Shown in pieces: positions 40,801 through 52,800 of a DNA stretch of 64,000 nucleotides. Positions within the stretch are counted from its first letter, which is position 1; each line of letters begins with the position of its first letter. The stretch lies in the NCBI RefSeq assembly GCF_004010195.1, contig NC_057720.1:7074196-7138195 (forward strand), in the 5' to 3' direction. This DNA is from Chiloscyllium plagiosum (Eukaryota). The notes beneath the pieces were generated by a model. That model saw nothing but the letters and a program-made list of their open reading frames with translations. It had not been told where the DNA came from and did not search any database. The position numbers were made by a program, and so were the translations under genes.

Positions 40801-43800
40801 CCACCACCACCCTCTGTCTTCTATCTTTGAGCCAGTTCTGTATCCAAATGTGAGATCTAACCTTGCTAACCAGTCTCCCATGGGGAACCTTGTCGAACGC
40901 CTTACTGAAGTTCATACAGATCATGGCCACTGCTCTGCCCTCATCAATCCTCTTTGTTACTTCTCCAGCTGGCCTCCGTGCTATCAGGAGTGGTCAGTGC
41001 CCTGTCAATTCTGGTATTCAGCTTCATTGATAGCACCTGAGGATAATGAAGTAGCCTACACCAGATATGGATAACAACATCCAAACTTGGCGTGTGAATT
41101 GACATATTTTCCACTATAAGAAGGAAGTCATTCAGCCCATTGAATCTGCTCTGTCATTCAATAGATCATGGCTGATTTAATAATTATCAACTCCATTTTC
41201 CTGCCTTTTCCCCATTACCCTTAAAGGATCACAGGATTAGTTCAGGACAAAAGGAGGCCATTCAGCCCATTGTGCTGACACCAGCTCTTTTATTTAATCA
41301 GACTTTATTATCTGAAGCCAATCTTCGGCATTTTCCCCGTATCCATGTGCACTATTACCCACCAAAAACACCCAATGCCCTCTTGAATGCCTCAATTGAA
41401 CTTCCCTCTGTCATATTTCCTGGCAGTAACCCTTGATTGCATAACTGATTAAATCCTGCCCATCTCAGCCTTCAATATGCTTAATGACACAACCTCGACA
41501 GACTCACGCCTCAGAGAAGAAATTCTTCCCCATCTCAGCTTTAGTGCGTGACTCTTTACACTGAGATAACACCCTCTGATCCGAGACTCTGCCATGAATG
41601 GAAATAATCTCTCTGCACCTAACCTGTCAAGACCTCTTTGGTCTGTACGTTTCAATAAGGTCTTTCATTCTTCTAAACTTCAATGAGTAGAGGCTCACAC
41701 TACTCAACCTCTCGTCATGAGGCAGTCCTTCCACACCGAATCAATCTTCCCTGACAAAGGGTTAATGGACTCAGACCATAAACTTGTCTTTCTCTCTGTA
41801 GAAATATTCGAGCAGGAGGTTGGAAAAACATTGTAAGGCAGGTAGCATCAGGAGATGGCGAATTCAACATTTCAGGTAATGCTGTGTTTTGCGAGCCTCC
41901 TGCTTGTCTACTTTTGGATTCTAGCACCTGCAGTTTCTTTGTCTCTTTCTCTGCACAGATTCTGCCAGACCTGCTGACTCTCTCCAGCACAGTTTGTTTT
42001 TGAACTTTCCCTGGCCAATCTCAAATGCCAGCATAACTTCCTTCAGATCAGGGGTTGAAAACTGTTCACAGTATTCCATTCTTTCCATACCAATCAACAA
42101 CAAAGGAAGGAAAACCTCAGAAGCTGCTAACACTGAGTTTCCACCATCAACCTCACGGGGAGTGTCAATGTGAATGACATGCTTGAATGGACAGGTCATC
42201 ATCATGGCTATGGCTGCAACCACAGGTTGCATAACTCACCACATATGTCCTCAGAGATTTCCATACACTCTTCAATAATTGAGGGACTGAGTTTAATGAA
42301 ATATGCCCCACTAATCTTGATGAGCAGCACTCCACCAATGCTGACAAAGACTGAAGGCAGAACAGACTGTATTAGATTCTCTACAGCGTGGAAACAGGCC
42401 CTTCGGCCCAACCAGTCCACGCCAATTCTCTGGAGAGTAACCCACCCAGACTAATGCACCTAACACTATGGGCAATTTAGCGTGGCCAATTCACCTGACC
42501 TGCACATCTTTGGACTGTGGGAGGAAACCGGAGCACCCGGAGAAAACCCACACAGACACGGAGAGAATGTACAAATTCCACATAGACAGTTGCCCGAGGC
42601 TGGAATCGAACCTGGGACCCTGGTGCTATGAGGCAACAGTGCTAACCACTGAGCCACCGTGTCGTATGAGAGATATCCGTACCACTGGACACAATGTCTG
42701 ACCCTGTCCACCACCAATACACTGATGGCTTCAAGGATGCACCATCCGAAGGAGGTGCTGGAGCTAATCTAGCTTCAACAGACCCTCTTGGACAAATGAC
42801 AAGCCTTTCCCTTTGTCAGCAAGACAGTCCCCTGCCCAGAATGCAGTGAGCCTCATAGCAGCAGCACACAGACAATTGTCTCAGGCTTTAGTTAGTCTTG
42901 CCTGACTAACCAATGAAAAATCTTAACACCAGAAAAAAAAACAGTGAAGAGTACCCGAGTGGATTTTCTGAATGTTTCTGCCCCTTCAAAAAATAGGGAG
43001 CTCTGAAATGAAGAAAACACACATATTTCAATCAGAAAGTGCTGGAGAAACGCAGCAGATCTGGCAGCTTCCATGTTAGAGTCATAGAGTCATCGAGATG
43101 TACAGCATGGAAACAGACCCTTCAGTCCAACCCGTCCAGGCTGACCAGATAGCCTAACCCAATCGAGTCCCACCTGCCAGCACCCGACCCATATCCCTCC
43201 AAACCCTTCCTATTCATATACCCATCCAGATGGCTGTGAAATGTTGCACTTGTACCAGACTCAACCACATCCTCTGGCAGCTCATTCCATACACGTACCA
43301 CTTTCTGCGTGAAAAAGTTGCCCCTTAGGTCCCTTTTATATCTTTCCCCTATCACCCTAAACCTATGCCTTCTCATTCTGGACTCCCCAACTCCAGGGAA
43401 AAGACTTTGTCTATTTATCCTATCCATGCCCCTCATGATTTTGTAAACCTTTATAAGGTCACCCCTCAGCCTCCGACGCTCCAGGGAAAACAGCCCCAGC
43501 CTGTTCAGCCTCTCCCTGTAGCTCAAATCTTCCAACCCTGGCAACATCCTTGTAAATCTTTTCTGAACCCTTTCAGGTTTCACATCTTTCCGATAGGAAG
43601 GAGACCAGAATTGCACGCAATATTCCAACAGTGGCCTAAACAATGTTCTGTACAGCCGCAACATGACCTCCCAACTCCTGTACTTAATATTTGGACCAAT
43701 AAAGAAAAGCATACCAAATGCCTTCTTCACTATCCTACCTACCTGCGACTCCACTTTCAAGGAGCTATGAACCTACACTCCAAGGTCTCTTTGTTCAGCA

Positions 43801-46800
43801 ACACTCTCTAGGACCATACCATTAAGTGTATAAGTCCTGCTACGATTTGCTTTTCCAAAATGCAGCAGCTCGCAGTATTAACAGAGTTAACCTTTTAAGT
43901 CAAGTGACTCATCTTCAGAAATTTACAAGTCTTTCTGAGTTAAACAGGCAGATCTAAAACTTGCAGAACATTGGAAACGTTCTCTGAATAATTCTACTGG
44001 GAACCCAAGAGGGATGAGAACATCTCAAAATTCATGCCAAATAAAACAGCAATGCACATATTACCTGGCCTGTAATTGCTCACAGCTAACATTGTACCCA
44101 ATCTGTAATAATTCACAGCTAACACAGTACCCAATCTGTAACAGCTCACAGCTAACACTGTACCCAATCTGTAATAATCCGCAGCTAACACAGTACCCAA
44201 TCTGTAATAGCTCACAGCTAACACTGTACCCAATCTGTAACAGCTCACAGCTAACACTGTACCCAATCTGTAATAGCTCACAGCTAACACTGTACCCAAT
44301 CTGTAATAATTCACAGCCAACACTGTACCCAATCTGTAATAATTCACAGCTAACACTGTACCCAATCTGTAATAATTCACAGCTAACACTGTACCCAATC
44401 TGTAAGGGCTCACAGCTAACGCTGTACCCAATCTGTAACAGCTCAGAGCTAACATTGTACCCAATCTGTAACAGCTCAGAGCTAACACTGTACCCAATCT
44501 GTAACAGCTCAGAGCTAACACTGTACCCAATCTGTAACAGCTCACAGCTAACACTGTACCCAATCTGTAACAGCACACAGATAACACTTTACCTAATCTG
44601 TAACAGCTCAGAGCTAACATTGTACCCAATCTGTAACAGCTCACAGCTAACACTGTACCCAATCTGTAACAGCTCACAGCTAACATTGTACCCAATCTGT
44701 AACAGCTCACAGCTAACACTGTACCCAATCTGTAACAGCACACAGATAACACTTTACCCAATCTGTAACAGCTCAGAGCTAACACTGTACCCAATCTGTA
44801 ACAGCTCAGAGCTAACACTGTACCCAATCTGTAATAATTCACAGCTAACACCGTACCCAATCTGTAAGGGCTCACAGCTAACGCTGAACCCAATCTGTAA
44901 TAATTCACAGCTAACACCGTACCCAATCTGTAATAGCTCACAGATAACACTGTACCCAAACTGTAAGGGCTCACAGCTAACGCTGAACCCAATCTGTAAT
45001 AGCTCACAGCTAACACTGTACCCAATCTGTAATAATTCACAGCTAACTCTGCATCCAATCTGTAATTATTCACAGCAAACACTGTACCCAATCAGTCATA
45101 GTTCACAGCTAATGCTGTACCCAATCTGTAATAGTTCACAGCTAACACTGTACCCAATCTGTAACAGCTCACAGCTAACACTGTACCCAATCTGTAATAA
45201 TTCACATCTAACATTGTACCCAATCTGTAAGAGCACACAGATAACACTGTACCCAATCTGTAACAGCTCACAGCTAACACTGTACCCAATCTGTAATAAT
45301 TCACATCTAACGTTGTACCCAATCTGTAGGGAGCACACAGATAACACTGTACCCAATCTGTAACAGCTCACAGCTAACACTGTACCCAATCTGTAATAAT
45401 TCACATCTAACGTTGTACCCAATCTGTAGGGAGCACACAGATAACACTGTACCCAATCTGTAACAGCTCACAGCTAACACTGTACCCAATCTGTAATAAT
45501 TCACATCTAACGTTGTACCCAATCTGTAGGGAGCACACAGATAACACTGTACCCAATCTGTAACAGCTCACAGCTAACACTGTACCTAATCTGTAACAGC
45601 TCAGAGCTAACACTGTACCCAATCTGTAAGGGCTCACAGCTAACACTGTACCCAATCTGTAATAATTCACATCTAAACGTTGTACCCAATCTGTAAGAGC
45701 ACACAGATAACACTGTACCCAATCTGTAACAGCTCACAGCTAACACTGTACCCAATCTGTAATAATTCACATCTAACGTTGTACCCAATCTGTAGGGAGC
45801 ACACAGATAACACTGTACCCAATCTGTAACAGCTCACAGCTAACACTGTACCCAATCTGTAATAATTCACATCTAACATTGTACCCAATCTGTAAGAGCA
45901 CACAGATAACACTGTACCCAATCTGTAACAGCACACAGATAACACTGTACCCAATCTGTAACAGCTCACAGCTAACACTGTACCCAATCTGTAACAGCAC
46001 ACAGATAACACTGTACCTAATCTGTAACAGCTCAGAGCTAACACTGTACCCAATCTGTAAGGGCTCACAGCTAACGCTGAACCCAATCTGTAATAATTCA
46101 CAGCTAACACTGTACCCAATCTGTAATGACTCACAGCTAACACTGTACCCAATCTGTAATGACTCACAGCTAACAATGTACCCAATCTATAACAGCTCAC
46201 AGCTAACACTATACCCAATCTGTAACAGCTCACAGCTAACACTGTACCCAATCTGTAATAATTCACAGCTAACACTGTACCCAATCGGTAATAGCTCACA
46301 GCTAACACTGTACCCAATCCGTAACAGCTCACAGCTAAAACTGTACCCAATCTGTAATAATTCCCAGCTAACACAGTACCCAATCTGTAAGGGCTCACAG
46401 CTAACACTGTACCCAATCTGTAATAATTCACAGCTAACACTGTACCCAATCTGTAAGGGCTCACAGCTAACACTGAACCCAATCTGTAATAGCTCACAGC
46501 TAACACTGCACCCAATCTGTAATAATTCACAGCTAACTCTGCATCCAATCTGTGATTATTCACAGCAAATACTGTACCCAATCAGTCATAGTTCACAGCT
46601 AATGCTGTACCCAATCTGTAATAGTTCACAGCTAACGCTGTACCCAATCTGTAATAATTCACTGTTAACACTGTACCCAATCTGTAACAGCTCACAGCTA
46701 ACACTGTACCCAATCAGTAATAGCTCACAGCCAACAATGTACCCAATGTGTAATAATTCACAGCTAACACTGTACCCAATCTGTAACAGCTCACAGATAA

Positions 46801-49800
46801 CACTGTACCCAATCTGTAATAGCTCACAGCTAACACTGCACCCAATCTGTAATAATTCACAGCTAACGCTGTACCCAATCTGTAATAATTCACTGTTAAC
46901 ACTGTACCCAATCTGTAACAGCTCACAGCTAACACTGTACCCAATCAGTAACAGCTCACAGATAACACTGTACCCAATTTGTAATAATTCACAGCTAACA
47001 CTACACCCAATCTGTAATAATTCACAGCTAACACTGTACCAATCTGTAATAGCTCACAGCTAACACTGTACCCAATCTGTAACAGCTCACAGATAACACT
47101 GTACCCAATCTGTAATAATTCACAGCTAACACCGTACCAATCTGTAACAACTCACAGATAACACTGTACCCAATCTGTAATAGCTCACAGGTAACACTGT
47201 ACCCAATCCGTAATAATTCACAGCTAACACAGTACACAATCTGTAATAGCTCACAGCAAACACTGTACCCAATCTGTAACGGTTCACAGCTAACACTGTA
47301 CCCAATCTGTAATAATTGACAGCTAACACTGTACCCAATCTGTAATAATTCACAGCAAACACTGTACCCAATCTTTAATAGCTCACAGCTAACGCTGTAC
47401 CCAATCTGTAATAATTCACAGCTAACGCTGTACTCAATCTGTAATTATTCACAGCAAACACTGTACCCAATCTGTAATAGCTCACAGCTAACACTGTACC
47501 CAATCTGTAATAATTCACAGCTAACGCTGTACCCAATCTGTAATTATTCACTGCAAACACTGTACCCAATCTGTAATAGCTCACAGCTAACACTGTACCC
47601 AATCTGTAATAGTTAACAGCTAACACTGTACCCAATCTGTAATAATTCACAGCAAACACTGTACCCAATCTGTAATAGCTCACAGCTAACACTGTACTCA
47701 ATCTGTAATAATTCACAGCTAACGCTGTACCCAATCTGTAATAATTCACAGCTAACGCTGTACTCAATCTGTAATTATTCACAGCAAACACTGTACCCAA
47801 TCTGTAATAGCTCACAGCTAACGCTGTACTCAATCTGTAATAATTCACAGCTAGCGCTGTACCCAATCTGTAATGATTCACAGCTAACACTGTACACAAT
47901 CTATAATTATTCACAGCAAACACTGTACCCAATCTGTAATAGCTCACAGCTAATACTGTACCAATCTGTAATAACTCACAGCTAACACTGTACCCAATCT
48001 GTAATAATTCACGGCTAACTCTGTACGCAATCTGTAATAATTCACAGCTAACTCTGTACGCAATCTGTAATGGCTCACAGCTAACACTGTACCCAATCCG
48101 AAATAATTCACGGCTAACACTGTACCCAATCTGTAATAGCTCACAGCTAACACTGTACCCAATCTGTAATAATTCACGGCTAACACTGTACCCAATCTGT
48201 AACAGCTCACAGCTAACGTTGTACCCAATCTGTAATGTGTCACAGCTAACACTGTACCCAATCTGTAATAATTCACAGCCACCACTGTACCCAATCTGTA
48301 ATAACTTACAGCTAACACTGTACCCAATCTGTAATAATTCACGGCTAACACTGTACGCAATCTGTAATAGCTCACCAATAACACTGTACCCAATCCAAAA
48401 TAATTCACAGCCACCACTGTACCCAATCTGTAACAGCTCACAGCTAACACTGAACCCAATCTGTAATAATTCACAGCTAACATTGTACCCAATCTGTAAC
48501 AGCTCACAGCTTACACTGTATCCAATCTGTAATGTGTCACAGCTTACACTGTACCCTATTTGTAATAATTCACAGCTAACACTGTACCCAATCTGTAATA
48601 GCTCACAGCTAACGCTGAACCCAATCTGTAATAATTCACAGCTAACACTGTACCCAATCTGTAACAGCTCACAGCTAACACTGTACCCAATCTGTAACAG
48701 CTCACAGCTAACACTGTACCCAATCTTGAACAGCTCACCGATAACACTGTAACCACTCTGGAATATCTCACAGCTTACACTGTATCCAATCTGTAATGTG
48801 TCACAGCTTACACTGTACCCTATTTGTAATAATTCACAGCTAACTCTGTACCCAATCTGTAATGAGTCACAGCCAGCATTTTATGAAGCATGTAATTGAA
48901 ACAATTGTCCTTACTCAAAATGAAAGTCAAATTTGAGGTTTCATTTCATGCCAAGCACTGTGTGTGATCTTCTCAGCACCACACCCACCACAATAATTAT
49001 CTGCTTCTTGTTTTCTGCTGAAAACAACAACTCTGATTGGTATAAATTGTCAGGCAGGAGTAGACAATCAATCCTTTTGCCCACCTCTACCCACCTAGTG
49101 AATGGTGGCAGAATATTCTGTTTTACTAGATGCCCACAGCTGGGTTGTAATTCCCCATTTGGTTCCTACCTTCATTCGTGCAGGATGACTGGACATTAAG
49201 GTTACTTGATGTCACTCCCTTTGCACACCCGGGAGAATCACGCGCAGCTACATCACAACATCAGACAAATTTAAAACAGGAGTCAGTCCCAGGTAACAGT
49301 GTAGTCAGTGTGCGTCAAACACCCAGAGCAGGTATAGATCTTCCACAGGAAATCCCTCAATTTCCTGTTGCAAATTCGCTACCAGTGGGTTGCTCACATG
49401 AAATTGATACCCTCATCCACTCTTCGCCCAGGATCTGGCTATAAGCTTCTGTCAACAGAGATCAGGAGAGTTTTTTTTATGACTGTGAACAGGAACTGTG
49501 AACAGGAACACAGTGTGAGCTCTCCCTTATCTTATGAAAGTTATAGTGGAATGAGAGGCAATTCAGAGAAGGTTTGCTAAGCTGTTTCCAAGTAATGAAG
49601 GGCCAGGTAGGAGGAGACAAGGTGTGGATAAAATAGATGTGGAGCGGCTGCTTCCTCTTGAGGGACATTCTGGGACGAGAGCACATAGTCTCAGGATATG
49701 GGGTAGCAAGTTTAAAACAGAGTTGAGAAGAAACTGCTTCTTCCAAAGGGTTGTGAATCTGTGGAATTCGCTACCCCAAAAGTGCGGCGGGTGCTGGGAC

Positions 49801-52800
49801 AGTGAGTAAATTTAAGGAGGAGTTAGACAGAGTTTTATTTGGTAATGGGTTGAGGGGTTATAGGGAGAAGGCAGGAAAATGGGGGTGAGGAGCATATCAG
49901 CCAAGATCGAAGGGTGGAGCAGACTCGATAGCCCGAATGGCCTAATTCTGCTCCTGTATCTTATGAACTAATGAAGGTTGGACCTGCATTCATTGGAATG
50001 TGGAAGAATGAGAGGTGACCTTATTGAAACACAGAATATTCTTCGGGAACTGACTGGGGAGATGGTGAAACCCACCAGGTCTGGCTGTGTCTGTGGGAAG
50101 AAAGCACAGTTAATGTTTTGAGCCCCAGTGACTCTTCTGAGGTCCATTCTGATGAAGAGTCACAGGAATTGAACCATTAACTCTCCACAGGGGCTGCCAG
50201 CCTTGCTGAGTTTCTCCAGCAATTTCTGCTCTTGTGTTGCAAACTCCTATCTGATTGGCAAATGCCCATTTAAGTAGAAGATGGGACATGACACCCACAG
50301 CAATGCGATTAATTCTTCACTGCTCTCAAGGGCAATTAGGGACGGGCAACAAATACTGGAATTACTAGCAACACCCACATTTCACAAGCAAGAGGAAGAA
50401 GTATGGAGCTAAGGCACAGATCACTCATGATCGAACTAAATTACAACATATAGCATTGATAGATAGCATGGTCTTCTCAGTTCACAGTCCCAATTCTCCA
50501 GAAAAGCAGAAATCTGAAAAGATGTGAGATCAGCCTTTGCTCATAGAGTCACAGAGATATACAGCATGGAAATAGACCCTTCAGTCCAACTCGTCCATGC
50601 CAACCACATATCAAAATTAATCTGGTGCCACTTGCCAGCACTTGGCTCATATCCCTCTAAACCCTTGTTATTCAAGTACATGTCCAGATGCTTTTTAAAT
50701 GTTGTAATTTTACCAGCATCCACCACCTTGTCTGGCAGCTATCCTATCCATGCCCCTCATGATTTTATAAACCTCGATAAATAAGGCCACCCCTCAGCCA
50801 GGGAAAATAACCCCAGCCTATTCAGCTTCTCCCTATAGCTGAACGCTCCAACCCTGGCAACATCCTTGTAAATCTTTTTCGAACCCTTTCAAGTTTAACA
50901 CCATCCTTTGTATAGCAAGGAGACGAAAATTACATGGATTATTCCAATGGTGGACTAGCCAATGTCATGCACATCCGCAACACGACCTCCCAACTCCTGT
51001 ACTCAATGCACTGACCAAGCATTCCAAATGCCTTCTTCACTATCCTGTCAACGTGTTACACAACAGAAGTCTACATTCCAGCAATATCTTTAATGTTTTG
51101 TTGAAGAGGTGACTGCTCTGTGCTATTTTAGCAGACAGTGCAGTCCTGCTGCTTTTGCACTGGACAGCAGCCAACTGTAAAGCAATTACAAGTTATTTTA
51201 ACGCGACTCTGTTCTGTACACATCCTTTGGTCTCGGTTCTGATGTAACAATCAGATACGGGGATTGTTTGCTTATGATTGGAAGGCAGATTCTATTGAAT
51301 GCATAATCTGAAATCCTACTGAGCACCAGGGCTTGTTACTCTGAAATGCAACCTGCCATAATCTTCAGATCGCAAGGCGAGATCTGAACATCTGTTACCT
51401 CATGCTCTCAGGATGTCAGGATTATATTCAATCTCTGCCTGTCTCTCCTTGTGTACATCCCTCTTTAAGTATGGCCAGTACTGAACAACTAACTTCTCTC
51501 TGATCCACAGACTATTTCTCGGTTCTAGAAAGGGCAGTTTATCATCACATTTCTTTCCCATGCGATGGAAAGATTGATGCTTCTTGTCAGGCCGTAACCT
51601 TCAATGTAGGAGCAGAAGTGGGCCATTCAGCCCTTTGAGTATACTCTGTGTTCAATGAGATCATGATCCTCAAATCCACTTTCCTGCCTTTTCCTCATAA
51701 CCCTTGACTCCCCTTCAATGATTCAACCTTGAATATTGTGAACAGGCCAGTTTCTACAGTAGTAAGGAATTCCACAAACCCTCTAACCCCTGAGAAAAAA
51801 AAAATGCACATCCTCACCACCTGCGCTGCCACCAATGTTTGTGCAGGTCTCACCAAGGCTAAGCTGTGATATGCAGTGTCAGGCAAGGTTCATTGGGTAG
51901 CACTCATATCTCTAAGGTACACAAACCTGGGTTCAATCCATACTCCAGAGACAAGCAAGAGTGGAATCTGTTGGAGGTGTAGGAGATCTCACCTACAGCT
52001 GAACAGCCCGATAAACTCTACCCCAGTTGGCTGGTGGTGAGCTTTACCCTGGAATAAGATCCAGGAGGGCTTTTGTGCCAGAGCTGGCAGGGGGTGGGGG
52101 GGGGTGGAATGTATGAACCCTACCCAGTGATTGCCAGTCAATCTGAGGTCACTACCTCTGGTGTCCACCAATGCCATGAAGGATGCCATCCATGTCTGCT
52201 GTCAGAAGGAACCTAGCCCCCAGTCAGTCCATTTGCAATTGCAAAAGTGAGGACTGCAGATGCTGGAGATCAGAGTCTAGATTAGAGTGGTGCTGGAAAA
52301 GCACAGCAGGTCAGGCAGCATCCGAGGAGCAGCATAATCAATGTTTTGGGCTAAAGCCCTTAATCAGGAATTCCCTCCCTGAAGGGCTTTTGCCTGAAAC
52401 ATCGATTTTCCATCCCCAATGGTCCCAGGGTTGTGTCAAGACAGGACAGAGCTAAGTGACTCAGAGGAGATATTTGGACTGGGAGTCACAAGGAGATGGG
52501 AAGGGAGATTGAGCAGCAAGGGCAGAGGTGGGGTGAGCCTTGACTTTTGACCAGGGAGCTGCATGTCTTTGATTATGGAACTGCTCCCCCCCGCCTGAGG
52601 TGGCAAAGCTGCTGACAGGGTAGTACCTATCATCAATGCCAGCTGGTGAGAGACCCACATGTGCCTAGGTTAGTTCCTACTGGTGAACTGAGGCTCTGTA
52701 GTAACTTCAACCATGAGTGAGATGGTTGTGAAGAGTCAGAGAATCCTGACAGTGTGGAAGCAGGCCATTGGCCCATCGAGTCCACACTGACCTGTCAAAG

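Noticed and set aside
43122..43760. 212-aa ORF as a host gene
   Set aside because: C-terminus of CR1 ORF2 in a 5'-truncated copy; lacks RT core and endonuclease.
44070..48872. CRISPR-like array or repetitive protein genes (365-449 aa ORFs)
   Set aside because: Units abut directly with no unique spacers, no cas genes, eukaryotic intron; ORFs result from a 33-bp stop-free period.
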